Below, in pieces: positions 21,111-32,529 of a DNA stretch of 64,000 bases (positions within the stretch are counted from its first letter, which is position 1; every line of letters begins with the position of its first letter). This stretch comes from Flavobacteriales bacterium (lineage in GTDB: Bacteria; Bacteroidota; Bacteroidia; Flavobacteriales_D; CALLUQ01). The position numbers and the translations under genes are program-made. Under the pieces are notes generated by a model. It was given only the letters and a program-made list of their open reading frames with translations, searched no databases and was not told the DNA's origin. The stretch spans positions 722,792 through 786,791 of the forward strand of contig OY769938.1 in the NCBI GenBank assembly GCA_963669295.1, in the 5' to 3' direction.

Positions 21111-21824
21111 CTAGTTTATACATCCCTGCATCTCTTCTTCATATTTCTCGCGCCATCCTTTGCCATTTCGTTTTTCCAGTTTTCGCTCTACCCTTTTTCC
21201 GGTATAAAAAGAAGGAAAAGGAACCGCACACCCCATGAACTTATAGTAGAATCCATATTTTGATTGAAGGCGTTGTTCGCAACTGCTGAATTCCGTTTTT
21301 ACGGGAAGCCCGTATACCTTAATTTTTAATGGTTCTTTATTCATTAGCCGATGGTTGTATGGAGCTCTTTCTTGAACAATCGGTTGTGTACGCTCAGCTA
21401 AGCTGGAAGCTTCTACTTTTTTGTAGTTAAATACCAGATCATCCCATTGCCCCCACTTACCTCCAAAGCGTTTATCGAGCATAAACCTTCCCTTTTCAAA
21501 CGACGCTATGTAGATTAGCTTCCCCCCTTTATTCCTATAAAACAATCGATTTCCTTTCCATTTTGCCTTGTAACAAACATAACCATCTTCATCCCATTCC
21601 GGGCGTTCCTTTGGAAGGGTAACGTGTTTTCCATCGTAGCGAAAAAAAGGATGCTCACATTTCATTTCAGCCCTCTCTTGAACCACTCTATAATCAACCG
21701 TACTGTTGGTGACCCAAATGCCTATGGCTGCTGTTTTCTTTGATGCAATACAGGCTGTACTCCAAAACAAGCACAGGCATACGATGCAACCAACAATTAA
21801 ACGATATGGCCTGGAAGGAAACAT
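21111..21824 (-). CDS. hypothetical secreted protein
   Basis: N-terminal hydrophobic signal. Trp/Lys-rich. No family recognised. Confidence 0.5.
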   Translation of the reverse strand: MFPSRPYRLIVGCIVCLCLFWSTACIASKKTAAIGIWVTNSTVDYRVVQERAEMKCEHPFFRYDGKHVTLPKERPEWDEDGYVCYKAKWKGNRLFYRNKGGKLIYIASFEKGRFMLDKRFGGKWGQWDDLVFNYKKVEASSLAERTQPIVQERAPYNHRLMNKEPLKIKVYGLPVKTEFSSCEQRLQSKYGFYYKFMGCAVPFPSFYTGKRVERKLEKRNGKGWREKYEEEMQGCIN

Positions 21825-21887
21825 TTATTCCTTAAACTGATTCTTGCCATATTTTGTTGCAATTTCACTTTATTATATCTTGTTCGC

Positions 21888-22310
21888 ATGAGCAAAATTC
21901 CCCCTTTCCACGTCGCCGTTCCAGTGAATGATATTGAAGCTGCACGCACATTTTATGGCACTGTATTGCAGTGTAAAGAAGGCCGCAGTGCCGAAAAGTG
22001 GATCGACTTTAACTTATATGGTCATCAGTTTGTGGTTCATTATAAACCTGGGGATGGAAATGCTCATCATTTCAACCCTGTTGATGGACATAAAGTGCCG
22101 GTGCCCCATTATGGCGTAGTACTTCCATGGGAAGCATGGCACACCCTGGCTGATCGACTGAAAGCGCATGGCATTGACTTTGTGATTGAGCCTTATCTTC
22201 GTTTCGAAGGCCAGGTAGGCGAACAAGCTACCATGTTTTTGCTCGACCCGGCAGGCAATGCATTAGAGTTTAAAGCTTTTAAAGATCCCGCTCAACTGTT
22301 TGCTAAGTAG
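21888..22310 (+). CDS. VOC family protein (glyoxalase/dioxygenase fold)
   Basis: [17 protein letters not shown] and [12 protein letters not shown] are typical VOC beta-alpha-beta-beta-beta modules. Confidence 0.7.
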   Translation: MSKIPPFHVAVPVNDIEAARTFYGTVLQCKEGRSAEKWIDFNLYGHQFVVHYKPGDGNAHHFNPVDGHKVPVPHYGVVLPWEAWHTLADRLKAHGIDFVIEPYLRFEGQVGEQATMFLLDPAGNALEFKAFKDPAQLFAK

Positions 22311-24252
22311 AAGCAAATAGGGCACGCAATTCGCTGTGCGATGCATTGCGTTGTAGTGCTTCCAGTACTTTCTGAATAAAACTGCTCCCCGGCCACTGCT
22401 GCAGGTATTGTTGGCAATAGCGTTTTGCATCATCAAGTTCATTGGCTTCTATCGATACATGAATGGCTACTCGCATGGCCTTTTGTGCATCGGGGTATTT
22501 CATTTTTGTCAGCAATTCTACATGCTGATGAGCATCGTTATAACGTTGTAGCATGAAGTTAGCAATTACCAATTGGTATACGTTTTTTCGCAAATCGGGG
22601 GCGAAAGTATAGGCTTGTTTGAAGTTATCAATGGCTCGGTTAAAATGGCCATCGTGTTGCTGCTGCCATATGCCCAACTCGCATAACAATGCTGCGTATT
22701 CCACATCTCTTCCTGGCACCGCCATAGGTGTCAATTCTTGTATTACCCCTTCCAGTTGTGCCATGCGCTTTACTACATCAGGCTCCAACTCAGCACCCGC
22801 CAATATTTCGGAACTGGCTCCCATGTAATGCGCACTATAGCTATGAATGCCCAGGGTCATCAAACGCACTGATAACGTATGCTTATTGGTGTTAACTACA
22901 AAGGTAGCCAGGCAAAGTATTCCTACTCCCAAGCTGGTCATTGCCATAGCTCGAAGGCCGGTTTTCATTTCGCGCAACAATAACAACAGCAGCACTAAAA
23001 AAGGAATGCCGGGCAGGGAAAATAAATCCCAATCGATGGTGAGCCCAAGGATGGGATTAAGGATAAAAAATGCTCCAACATAGGCCAGTGTTGTAATACC
23101 TACTACCACCATTACCGGACGATTCCAATTGATGTCTTTACGGCGCCATGAAATGGCGTTTAACAACAACATCAGCCCTACTACCGACCAGGTAAAGAAC
23201 AACATGAGGTAATCGAAAAGGTGCATCGGACTCAACAGGTTGTACCGGTTAAATGGCTCCGGGTCGCTAGTTTGAAAGGGCATAAGCAGGTATTCTTCGA
23301 AATTGCTGCCATTGAACTGCCGGTCTTTAAAGGCATAATCGGTACCCAGAAAATAATACACCAATACCAATAGGGTACCTGGAATGGCCACCCACAACAA
23401 CAATCGTTTCCAGCGTAGCCATGCCATCACTTTTGGTTGTTGCGATTGGTAGTGGTACAATACTGTCATTAACAAGGAAGGCAATAACAAGTAGGAAGTG
23501 ATGTGAAATTTCATGCACAACAGCCACCAAAACAACATGTACCACAAGTACTTTCCTTTACGGGTATCGAAATAGCGAAGCAGCACTGCAAAATACCCCA
23601 ACAGTCCTACCACAATAAGAGAGTAGGTTTCGAGGTGGCCAAAAAACAGCAACATGAACGGAGCCAACAATCCCATGATCCACCCCACTAAGCGTGCCCA
23701 ATTGTTGCTCAATGTACGGTGTACCAACCGTAACCATAACCAAACAAACCAACACCCCATCACTGCATCTATCATTTGCAGTACCTCCTTTCCCGAAGCT
23801 CCGCTTAGGTAGTGTCCCATGTTTACCATGGCAAAGGTGGTCAACAATCCTGTTTTGGTTTCCAACGGATTGAATGCCAATAACTCAGAGAGCAATCTAC
23901 TGTCCCATTGTGTGATATTTACATCAATGTCTTGCGCTACAAAAATGGCATCCCCATATACATCTTTTACGATAGGGAATCCATAAAACAGCGCTCCAGC
24001 CAATAAGGCCAGTACGCCAAAAAACAATGCACTGCCTTTTACCGGAAACTTCAACTGTTCTTTTTTCCACCACAAAGGAGTGGTGATGAAAAATGCTGCG
24101 ATGGCCATTACTCCCCATTTTGCTCCAGCAGGGAGAAAAGCATTGTAATGGATGGCCCACCAATGATTGGGAAACAACGTAGCCCACAAAAAAATTGCCC
24201 AGAACACAAGGCCCCAGAACACAACAAGTCGGTTATTTTTTTCCTGTAGCAT
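22303..24252 (-). CDS. polytopic membrane protein with a C-terminal TPR region
   Basis: More than 10 hydrophobic helices, followed by TPR-like helical repeats (AIDNFKQAY..., [26 protein letters not shown]). The internal ATG at 24252 is preferred. The 3-prime end overlaps the convergent VOC gene by 8 nt. Confidence 0.6.
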   Translation of the reverse strand: MLQEKNNRLVVFWGLVFWAIFLWATLFPNHWWAIHYNAFLPAGAKWGVMAIAAFFITTPLWWKKEQLKFPVKGSALFFGVLALLAGALFYGFPIVKDVYGDAIFVAQDIDVNITQWDSRLLSELLAFNPLETKTGLLTTFAMVNMGHYLSGASGKEVLQMIDAVMGCWFVWLWLRLVHRTLSNNWARLVGWIMGLLAPFMLLFFGHLETYSLIVVGLLGYFAVLLRYFDTRKGKYLWYMLFWWLLCMKFHITSYLLLPSLLMTVLYHYQSQQPKVMAWLRWKRLLLWVAIPGTLLVLVYYFLGTDYAFKDRQFNGSNFEEYLLMPFQTSDPEPFNRYNLLSPMHLFDYLMLFFTWSVVGLMLLLNAISWRRKDINWNRPVMVVVGITTLAYVGAFFILNPILGLTIDWDLFSLPGIPFLVLLLLLLREMKTGLRAMAMTSLGVGILCLATFVVNTNKHTLSVRLMTLGIHSYSAHYMGASSEILAGAELEPDVVKRMAQLEGVIQELTPMAVPGRDVEYAALLCELGIWQQQHDGHFNRAIDNFKQAYTFAPDLRKNVYQLVIANFMLQRYNDAHQHVELLTKMKYPDAQKAMRVAIHVSIEANELDDAKRYCQQYLQQWPGSSFIQKVLEALQRNASHSELRALFAST

Positions 24253-24397
24253 TACTTCTATTGCAACACAACGAAGATACCAATTTTGGTTGTTTCGCAC
24301 AGTTAAATGAAACGTGCACTCCACAAACAACAGCCTCATTTTTTTCTTAACTTCCCGTCGGTTAAACGTTATTTACAACGAGTGTAACCTTTAGAAG

Positions 24398-26953
24398 GTG
24401 TTCACCGTCTTACTCGCAATGAGGGTCAATGTTAAAATAGGTTTGGTAGTGCTTGGACTATTGCTTCAACTTATTGCCAACGCCAAAGCAATAGAAAAAG
24501 CTAGTTACACCATCGAGCAAGCCAATGCCGTGCGTCATGTTTCGGGCATGGTGGTAAACGACAAGGGTGAACCGATGCCTTTTGTAAATGTATATGTGCA
24601 GGGTACTACCAATGGCACTACCACCAATTTCGATGGAAAATTCACCATTGCTATTCAACAGGAAGGATCACAAAACCTGGTGTTCCAGTACATCGGATAT
24701 AAAAAGCATGTAGCAACAATTGAGGGTACCTCCAACCTTGAAGGGTTGACCATTACCATGCAACCTGAACTTATAGAGTTGCCCCATTTTACGGTATCGG
24801 CTAAGGCCAAAGACCCGGCATATGGCATCATTAAAAACGCTATTGCAAAGCGGAAATCCCACCTCCATCAGGTAACGGCCTATAGTGGCGATGTTTACAT
24901 GAAAGGTGTAGCTCGCCTGAATGACATACCAGAAAAGCTACCCCTTGTTTCTAAAAAGAACCTGCCCGATTCGTCAGACCTTGGATTAATTTACCTGTCG
25001 GAATCCATGGCACGTTTTCATTACAAGAAACCTGATCATTTTAAAGAAGAGATGCTGGCCTCAAAAGTATCGGGTCGCAGCCAGGGGTTTAGCTGGAACC
25101 GGGTAGCTGATGTACAATACAATTTTTACCAAAACAACCTCAAATTCAACGGAGCATCGGAACGCGAATTTGTATCGCCCATTGCAGCAACAGCCATGAT
25201 TTTTTATAAGTATAAGCTGCTGGGCACCTTCAAAGAAAATGGAAAAACCATCAACAAAATACAGGTGATTCCGAAAAGAAAAACCGACCCTATTTTTCAT
25301 GGCAACATCTACATTGTAGAAGACGATTGGAACATTCATAGTGTAGACCTTATGCTGACGAAAGATGCACAATTGGAATTCATCGACACCATTGAAATCA
25401 AGCAATCGTATGTTCCTATTAAGGATGAAAAATGGATGCCTTTATCGTTAGAGATGACGTATCATTACAGCATTTTTGGGTTTGATGCTGCCTACAATGC
25501 CATTGGCATGTTTTCGAATTACCAACTCGACAAAGAGTTTCCCGATAAGTTCTTCAACAATGAGGTATTTACCATTGAGGCAAATGCCAATAAAAAAGAC
25601 ACCTCTTATTGGGAGGGGTCGCGACTGGTTATTCTTACGGATGAGGAAGCTGAAAATTATCATGAGGAAGACAGCCTTGAAACCTTGCGTAAATCGGAAC
25701 CCTACCTCGACTCGTTGGATCGTGAACAAAACAAAGTTACTGTAGGTCGTTTATTGCTGGGAGGTGTTTCATTTCGCAACCGCCACGACAGTACTCGTTG
25801 GGGACTTAATCCATTGATTTCAGGCATTCAATTCAATACAGTAGACGGTTGGGTGATTGATGCTGCTCCCTGGTTTTTCACCAACAAGGGTGGTGTGCGC
25901 AGAAACTACTACGGTAATTTGCGGTATAGTGTAGAACGCGAAGCGCTTAACGTGCGTGCTGGCTATTTGCATCGATTCAACCGCATTAACTTTTCCAGCA
26001 TTCAAGCTGAAGGCGGGCGCTACACTTTCCAGGTCAATCGGCAAGACCCCATTACTCCATTTGTAAACTCGTTGTACACGTTGTTTTGGGAAGAGAATTA
26101 CATGAAGCTGTACGAAAGTAATTATGGGTACCTGGCCTTTCAACAAGAGGTGAGTAACGGATTGTTTGTAAAGGGCGGATTGCGCTACGAAAACCGTACC
26201 TCTTTATCCAACAGCACCAATTTTACCTTTAAAGATTTTGAAAGCAAGGTTTTTTCTAACAATCAAATCAGTCCTTTTCCCAATGCTGATGATGATGCCT
26301 TCACCTTTGAATTGAATGTGAGGTACCGCTTCAAACAAAAGTATGAGTCGTATCCCCACCGCAAACGCATTATTGGATCGAAATACCCTACGGTTTACTT
26401 CAACTATAAAAAGGGGATTGCCGATGCATTGGGTTCGGATGTAGATTACGATTTCGTAAGTATTGGATTGGGTGACGATGTGAAACTGGGCCACACTGGC
26501 ATCTCGAAGTTTGATGTTAGCTATGGCAAGTTTGTGAACAACAATGCCATGAGTGTGTACGATTATCAGCACTTTAATGGCAACCAAACCCTCTTTTTAA
26601 AGCAATCTTCACCTTCTACGTTTCGAGCCAGTGATGGGTCGCGTCCACAGCTGTCGCAATTTCACACCCTGGGGTATTATACTCACAGTACCAACTTAGC
26701 TTATTTAGAGGCCCACTACGAGCATCATTTCAATGGGTTTATCTTCAATAAGTTTCCATTGCTGCGCAAACTGCGTTTTCAAGCGGTGGGTGGGATTAAC
26801 TTTTTGTATACCGATGCTCGAGAAGATTACACCGAACTGTTTGTAGGGATAGAAAACATCTTACAGGTGTTTAGGATAGATGTAGCTTCCTTCTATGAAA
26901 ATGGCGGTACTTTAACGCCAGTGGTTCGCTTTGGGCTGGGGCTCGATTTCTAG
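24398..26953 (+). CDS. carboxypeptidase-regulatory-like domain protein (DUF5686-like outer-membrane protein)
   Basis: The N-terminal GMVVNDKGEPMPFVNVYVQGTTNGTTTNFDGKF pattern is typical of CarboxypepD_reg. The long beta-rich remainder ends in an aromatic residue (GLDF), as in outer-membrane barrels. Confidence 0.65.
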   Translation: MFTVLLAMRVNVKIGLVVLGLLLQLIANAKAIEKASYTIEQANAVRHVSGMVVNDKGEPMPFVNVYVQGTTNGTTTNFDGKFTIAIQQEGSQNLVFQYIGYKKHVATIEGTSNLEGLTITMQPELIELPHFTVSAKAKDPAYGIIKNAIAKRKSHLHQVTAYSGDVYMKGVARLNDIPEKLPLVSKKNLPDSSDLGLIYLSESMARFHYKKPDHFKEEMLASKVSGRSQGFSWNRVADVQYNFYQNNLKFNGASEREFVSPIAATAMIFYKYKLLGTFKENGKTINKIQVIPKRKTDPIFHGNIYIVEDDWNIHSVDLMLTKDAQLEFIDTIEIKQSYVPIKDEKWMPLSLEMTYHYSIFGFDAAYNAIGMFSNYQLDKEFPDKFFNNEVFTIEANANKKDTSYWEGSRLVILTDEEAENYHEEDSLETLRKSEPYLDSLDREQNKVTVGRLLLGGVSFRNRHDSTRWGLNPLISGIQFNTVDGWVIDAAPWFFTNKGGVRRNYYGNLRYSVEREALNVRAGYLHRFNRINFSSIQAEGGRYTFQVNRQDPITPFVNSLYTLFWEENYMKLYESNYGYLAFQQEVSNGLFVKGGLRYENRTSLSNSTNFTFKDFESKVFSNNQISPFPNADDDAFTFELNVRYRFKQKYESYPHRKRIIGSKYPTVYFNYKKGIADALGSDVDYDFVSIGLGDDVKLGHTGISKFDVSYGKFVNNNAMSVYDYQHFNGNQTLFLKQSSPSTFRASDGSRPQLSQFHTLGYYTHSTNLAYLEAHYEHHFNGFIFNKFPLLRKLRFQAVGGINFLYTDAREDYTELFVGIENILQVFRIDVASFYENGGTLTPVVRFGLGLDF

Positions 26954-29932
26954 TTAAGGCGTGTTAACAGGCATGCCGTAAAAATCTACTTTAATCAGTT
27001 CTTCCAACAATACCCGCTTGCCGTTGTACCATGCAGTTACCCAGGCGTCTTTTTGTCCGGCACCAATGCATTGTTGCCTAAAGTCTTCGGCTTCGGTTAA
27101 TGTATTGTATTCGCGCATGGTAAAGCGTGTAATGCCATCGGGGTAATCTCTTTTATCTACATTACCAAACTGAGTGAGGTGATCGTATTTGTAGTTCTCA
27201 GGATGACGGTATGCTGCCACCTGCACAGTATACGTTAACCCATCTTTACAATAATTACCTCCTGTTTGCAGCAACTGTTCGTAGTTGGAACGGATGTTCA
27301 AGTCTTTGCCAATAAGGTGTTGAAAGCTACGATAGGTAGGCACACAAGGTCCTGCTACTACCGGTGCTATTTCAAACGTTACAGGTGCAATGTCGGCCGA
27401 CATTTTTTCGTCGTTCATAAGGTAACCAAAGGCACCGCTTACTTCAAAGTTACCCGTTACTCCCTCCCGTGCTTTTAATTTGTACTGCACGGTAAATTTC
27501 TCGTCGCCCGGCACATTCATCCACAAGTACTTGGCACTTGTTTCTTCGCTGTTGAATTGTGCTGTTTTGTTTTCTACCGATTCGGCATCGAATCCTTCGG
27601 GAATAACTTCAGACAAGCGGCCAAAACCGGTAACCTCGTTTTTCTGAATGGTTACCGAAATCATGAACTCGTTGTTGGGTAGTGCTTCCACCTCACGAAC
27701 CCCAGCCACCGGATTGGCTTCATATTCGTCGGTTGTTTTGCGTTGCCCTAATACAAATACCGTCACAAAAGCATCTTCAGCTTTCGGTTCCTTTTCAATG
27801 AGCATGAGTCGGAAGGCTTCTGCTTCTTCTAATGTAGCAAATGGCCCCATGGAGTATCGCGTTACACCATCAGAATAGGTTTTTTGTTGTATTTTCCCAT
27901 ACTGACTCAGGTGGTGTAAGTTGAACTCATCCGGATTGGCTACTGCACCTATTTCTACTTTAAAGTGCACTCCAGCAATGGCCTCAGTGTTTACATTTCT
28001 CAACGTAGTGTCCTTCTCGGTGTTAACATCCAATTCGTTGGAAAGGTCAACAATGCTATCGCCCTGTAATACCCGTACCGAATCGGCTGATTCGTTGAAC
28101 GGGCCAGTTTCATCGTGGATGCGATCGGTAGAAGTGGCCAGGTAAGAGGTATCGGGTTTTGTACTTTCAGTATTGTATTTCTCTACCTGCGTATCGATCT
28201 TTTCTTGCAGTTTCACCAACTTATCGTCGGTGATGTTGTGTTGTGCCTTGTACTCGTCGGAGTATAATTTAAAGTCGTGCTTTACTTTTACGTACGAGTT
28301 TAACGATTGCACATTGATGTAATCGATTTGCGGATCGTGTCCTTCCACCTCAATGGCAATTTTATACTTATTACCAGGTGTTACAGCAATCATGTACTTT
28401 CCTGTAGAAGCATTGGACTTAAAGTGTGATTCTTTGTTGGTCACCACATCGGTTAGGGTGATGTTGGCCTCTACCGGCTGATCGTCTAACGCTACCTGTC
28501 CTAATACCAGGGCAAGGATTGGTTTGGCGCCCACCGCACCTGGTGTTACCGTATAGATGTCTTGTTCTCCAAAACCATCGGCACGGTTGGAGGAGAAATA
28601 GCCACGTTCGCCATCGGCAGAAATCACATAGTAGATATCATTCCCAGGTGTGTTAATGGGATAACCAATGTTTTGTGGAGTGTCCCAACCGTCTTCTTTC
28701 TTATAAGCATAAAACACATCAAACCCACCAATGCTGGTATGTCCTTCTGAACTGAAGTAAAGTGTTTTGTTGTCGGGATGAATGAAAGGGGCATCTTCTT
28801 TAAATGGGGTGTTGATGCTTGGCCCCAGGTTTTTGATGTCGGTCCATTCGCCTTCGTCATTTAGTGATGCTTCGTACAGGTCGAGCCCCCCTAATCCACC
28901 TTCACGATCGGAGGCGAAGTAAATTTTCTTGCCATCACTGGAGAGTGTAACACTTCCCTCCCACGATTTGTTGGTATTTACATCTCCTTTCAATGGCACA
29001 GGTTCAGTCCATTCTGTTCCTTCAAGGTAACTGACATAGATGTCGCCTTTGTTTCGTTTGTCGTTTTTGTAAATGAATAGGGTTTGTCCATCTACCGACA
29101 GGGCAATACTGGCATCGTGCTCCACAGAGTTGATGTTGGTACCAATACTTTGAGGCTCGGTCCATACGCTGTCTTTTTCATCCATGTTGGTGATGAATAC
29201 ATCTTCATAGTATTTCCCATCTTCCGATGGTTTTCCTACTGGATCTCTTTTGCCTCCTTCACTTTTCAGTCCGGTATAGGTAAAGATCATTACCGATTCA
29301 TCGGCAGAAATAACAGGTACTGCTTCAGAGCTGGCTGTGCTAATGGGTGCTCCCATATTGGTCACCCGTACATTCACTTCTTTTCCAATAATTTCTTTGG
29401 CATTGTCGCAATGGCTGATGTAACGCTCTACAGTGCGTACATGCTCATCCATTTCATCTTCTCCTTCTTCGTATTCGAGGCCGTTAAGGTGTTCTTCAAA
29501 TTTAGCTTTGGCTTGATCGAATTCGTAGGTAAGGTGTAAAGCCTGTCCCAGGTTCCACTTTACATCGCGGAATAAAAAGCGTTGCTCGGCCACATCATCG
29601 GGGTCTTCAGCACTGTTAAAAAGCTCTTGTACATCGCGCTCTACTCCACGGAGGTATTGCACCGCTCGTTTGCGCTCGTCGGTTTTGTACATGTAGCATA
29701 CACCAGCACGGTAAGTGGTTAGCAGCTCGTCGGGATACTTTTGTTCCAACTCGAGATAGATGGGTAGTGCAGCCAGGTAATTTCCTTCGTTGAAAAGGAA
29801 TTCAGCCTTTTCAAACTTTTTGACATCTTCTTTGTCGACAATGAGTTTTTCGTCGCCAGGCTGGGCCAATGCTGTACCCAAAATGCCTGCAAAGAAGAGG
29901 ATTACGAGGAGTGCCTTTTTCATGGTTTTCAT
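26954..29932 (-). CDS. large secreted protein: TPR, PD40/TolB-like repeats and two SPOR-like C-terminal modules
   Basis: Signal peptide; TPR-like N-terminus. PD40 repeats (LSSDGKKIYFASDR, HPDNKTLYFSS, SADGERGYFSSNR). Two related modules of about 75 aa (HFKVEIGAV...FVTVFVLGQR and YTVQVAAYR...WVTAWYNGKRV). Confidence 0.7.
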   Translation of the reverse strand: MKTMKKALLVILFFAGILGTALAQPGDEKLIVDKEDVKKFEKAEFLFNEGNYLAALPIYLELEQKYPDELLTTYRAGVCYMYKTDERKRAVQYLRGVERDVQELFNSAEDPDDVAEQRFLFRDVKWNLGQALHLTYEFDQAKAKFEEHLNGLEYEEGEDEMDEHVRTVERYISHCDNAKEIIGKEVNVRVTNMGAPISTASSEAVPVISADESVMIFTYTGLKSEGGKRDPVGKPSEDGKYYEDVFITNMDEKDSVWTEPQSIGTNINSVEHDASIALSVDGQTLFIYKNDKRNKGDIYVSYLEGTEWTEPVPLKGDVNTNKSWEGSVTLSSDGKKIYFASDREGGLGGLDLYEASLNDEGEWTDIKNLGPSINTPFKEDAPFIHPDNKTLYFSSEGHTSIGGFDVFYAYKKEDGWDTPQNIGYPINTPGNDIYYVISADGERGYFSSNRADGFGEQDIYTVTPGAVGAKPILALVLGQVALDDQPVEANITLTDVVTNKESHFKSNASTGKYMIAVTPGNKYKIAIEVEGHDPQIDYINVQSLNSYVKVKHDFKLYSDEYKAQHNITDDKLVKLQEKIDTQVEKYNTESTKPDTSYLATSTDRIHDETGPFNESADSVRVLQGDSIVDLSNELDVNTEKDTTLRNVNTEAIAGVHFKVEIGAVANPDEFNLHHLSQYGKIQQKTYSDGVTRYSMGPFATLEEAEAFRLMLIEKEPKAEDAFVTVFVLGQRKTTDEYEANPVAGVREVEALPNNEFMISVTIQKNEVTGFGRLSEVIPEGFDAESVENKTAQFNSEETSAKYLWMNVPGDEKFTVQYKLKAREGVTGNFEVSGAFGYLMNDEKMSADIAPVTFEIAPVVAGPCVPTYRSFQHLIGKDLNIRSNYEQLLQTGGNYCKDGLTYTVQVAAYRHPENYKYDHLTQFGNVDKRDYPDGITRFTMREYNTLTEAEDFRQQCIGAGQKDAWVTAWYNGKRVLLEELIKVDFYGMPVNTP

Positions 29933-30098
29933 AGCAAACAATTGCTTTTCAAATACTTAATGGGCTATATTATAAAAAAATGCACGCCACGCTAAGATAG
30001 GCAAGAATAAGTTTTTAACGAAGTAATAAACATATTGCTTTTTCGTTCATCAATTCGACCCATACTTTTAGTACTTTAGCAAACCTTTTTTACGGCAG

Positions 30099-31328
30099 AT
30101 GGAATTTGATTTTTTTACGCTCTCCAATGGCTTACGCGTGGTTCATAAGCAAATCGACAACAGCGACGTGTCGCACTGTGGGTTGTTGATTGATGTAGGT
30201 TCGCGCGATGAAAAAGACGACGAACAAGGACTTGCCCATTTCATTGAGCACTGCATTTTCAAAGGCACAGGAAAACGAAAAGCCTACCATATTTTAAGTG
30301 GATTAGATGCCGTTGGTGGTGAACTGGATGCTTATACCACCAAAGAAGAAACCTGTATTTATGCTTCTTTTTTGAATAAGCATTACGAGCGAGCCATGGA
30401 GTTAATTGCCGACATTACTTTCAACTCTACCTTTCCTGCTAAGGAGATTGAAAAGGAAAAAGAGGTTATTATCGATGAGATTTACTCGTATCAAGATAGT
30501 CCGGCCGAGCAGATTTTTGATGATTTTGAAGATATGATTTTTGCTGGCCATCCTATCGGCCGCAATATTCTGGGCACGGTAAGTAGTGTGAATACGCTGC
30601 AACAAAGCCACATCAAACAATTCATCAAGCGCACATACTCCATCGATAAAATGGTGTTTAGCTCGGTGGGTAATATTCCGTTAAAAACCTTGCAACGCTT
30701 GTTGGAGAAGCATTTATCCCTGCCCTTTACACAAAAGGCAAGCAATGGGAGAAAACCTTTCACTGGCTATCGTCCAATTGAGCGTACAGTAGAGCGCGAT
30801 ACTTACCAAACCCATTGCCTAATGGGCACAGTAGCCTATAAGGCTTCTGACCCTAAGCGACGGTATTTATCGTTGCTCAATAATATTTTAGGTGGGCCAG
30901 CCATGAACAATCGGTTGAGCCTTACCATTCGAGAAAAATTTGGATTTGCCTATAACATTGAATCCAGTTATACCACCTATTCTGATTCGGGGAATTTCAA
31001 CATTTACTTTGGCACCGACCACAAGCATGTAAACAAAACCAGGGCATTGGTATTGAAAGAGTTGAAAAAGTTACGCGAAACACCGTTGGGTACCCGCCAA
31101 CTGCATCAGGCCAAGCAACAATTGATCGGTCAAATTGCTTTGGCACAAGAAAACAAGGTGAATTCGATGCTGGCTTTTGGTAAAAGTTTACTGTTGTACG
31201 ATACGGTCGATCCTCTGCCTGTAGTATACGGAAAGATTGAGGCCATTACGGCCACTCATTTATTGGATGTAGCCAATGAAATCCTAACCGAAGATCGGTT
31301 GAGTACCCTTACCTATTTGAGCAAGTAG
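30099..31328 (+). CDS. M16 family (pitrilysin-like) zinc peptidase
   Basis: Inverted zinc motif HxxEH in GLAHFIEHCIFKGT, with a downstream Glu-rich region EKEVIIDEI. Confidence 0.85.
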   Translation: MEFDFFTLSNGLRVVHKQIDNSDVSHCGLLIDVGSRDEKDDEQGLAHFIEHCIFKGTGKRKAYHILSGLDAVGGELDAYTTKEETCIYASFLNKHYERAMELIADITFNSTFPAKEIEKEKEVIIDEIYSYQDSPAEQIFDDFEDMIFAGHPIGRNILGTVSSVNTLQQSHIKQFIKRTYSIDKMVFSSVGNIPLKTLQRLLEKHLSLPFTQKASNGRKPFTGYRPIERTVERDTYQTHCLMGTVAYKASDPKRRYLSLLNNILGGPAMNNRLSLTIREKFGFAYNIESSYTTYSDSGNFNIYFGTDHKHVNKTRALVLKELKKLRETPLGTRQLHQAKQQLIGQIALAQENKVNSMLAFGKSLLLYDTVDPLPVVYGKIEAITATHLLDVANEILTEDRLSTLTYLSK

Positions 31329-31365
31329 TTGTTCTTTTAAAGAACAAGAACGTTGTCTTCCAAAG

Positions 31366-32412
31366 CTATTTGGTTAACTGAAACGAGCCGATGAACGACT
31401 TCACGTCGGTAACCGTAGGATAGCTTCCTTCTTTCAAGATGGCAATTTGATACAGGCGATTTTTCACCAGGTAAATCTCATACACCACAAAGTAGGTGCC
31501 GTTGTTTCCTTTAAAGGCTTTGCCCTTATTCCCTTTCAGGGTAATGTCTCTTTCGTCTTCCAGGTTTTCGATGCCCAAACTGCTCAGTGCTCCATTTTTC
31601 CCGCCGTCCAACAAGTCGTTGGTATTACTGGCTTCCACCATGGCCGAAGGGTAATCAGAGTAAGCTACCATGTAGGCTTCCGACAACGATTTTTCGTACA
31701 TAAAGGTGGTCATTTCAATATCACCTACATCGGTAGGTACTGTTTCCGACGCTTCTTTGGGAGCGCCTGGGAAATCAATTTTAAACTTCCCATCTGACGA
31801 AGAATACCCTTTTCCAGTGCCTCCTTTATCGGCTGTATTGGTTGAATGATTGCTTTTGCCTATGGATTTTGGGTCTTTTAACAACCGAAATGTTTTAATG
31901 AAGTCTTTTACATTGTCGTTGTCGGGATAGGTACCATCGCGCAAAATGGCTACCTGATACAACCGATTTTCTACCATATACACTTCGTATACCACATGAT
32001 AGGTATTCGACGTTGATTTTCCCTTAAAATATAGGCCGGGATAGCCATTAATGGAAATGTCTTTCTCCTCGTCTAAATCATCAATAGCAAGGCTGCTCAA
32101 TGCGCCATCTTTTCCTCCTTGTAAGAGGTCTTTAGGATTACTGGCTTCCACCAGGGCACTGGGGTAATCGGAGTACGCTACCATGTAAGCTTCAGTAATC
32201 GATTTTTCGTACATGAAGGTATACATCTGGATGTCGCCCACTTCAGTAGGTACCTTTTCATTGGCCACTTCAGGAGTACCGGGAAAGTTAATTTTAAAGT
32301 TTCCGCTTTCGGAAGTGTAAGGATTATTTACCACAACGGCATAAGCCGTATTGATGCTACCTATTGCTACAGTAAACATCAATGCTGTTACAAGGAGAAG
32401 TACTTTTTTCAT
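31366..32412 (-). CDS. secreted protein with two copies of an uncharacterised domain of about 145 aa
   Basis: Signal peptide from ATG 32412. Internal duplication (FKINFPGTPEVANEKVPTEVGDIQMYTFMYEKSITEAYMVAYSDYPSALVEAS... versus FKIDFPGAPKEASETVPTDVGDIEMTTFMYEKSLSEAYMVAYSDYPSAMVEAS...). Confidence 0.6.
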   Translation of the reverse strand: MKKVLLLVTALMFTVAIGSINTAYAVVVNNPYTSESGNFKINFPGTPEVANEKVPTEVGDIQMYTFMYEKSITEAYMVAYSDYPSALVEASNPKDLLQGGKDGALSSLAIDDLDEEKDISINGYPGLYFKGKSTSNTYHVVYEVYMVENRLYQVAILRDGTYPDNDNVKDFIKTFRLLKDPKSIGKSNHSTNTADKGGTGKGYSSSDGKFKIDFPGAPKEASETVPTDVGDIEMTTFMYEKSLSEAYMVAYSDYPSAMVEASNTNDLLDGGKNGALSSLGIENLEDERDITLKGNKGKAFKGNNGTYFVVYEIYLVKNRLYQIAILKEGSYPTVTDVKSFIGSFQLTK

Positions 32413-32477
32413 GATTAGAGGTTTCAAGGTGAAACGTACAAATTTAAAATTCGTTTCAATAATGCATAAATCAGGCC

Positions 32478-32507
32478 AAAAAAAAGCGCGTTGGAGTCCA
32501 ACGCGCT
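32478..32507 (-). terminator. Rho-independent terminator after the 220-aa paralog
   Basis: Hairpin AGCGCGTTGG-AGT-CCAACGCGCT flanked by an A8 run on the plus strand, which reads as a T8 tail on the minus strand. Confidence 0.65.
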
Positions 32508-32529
32508 TTCAATTTTTTATCAGCAAAGA

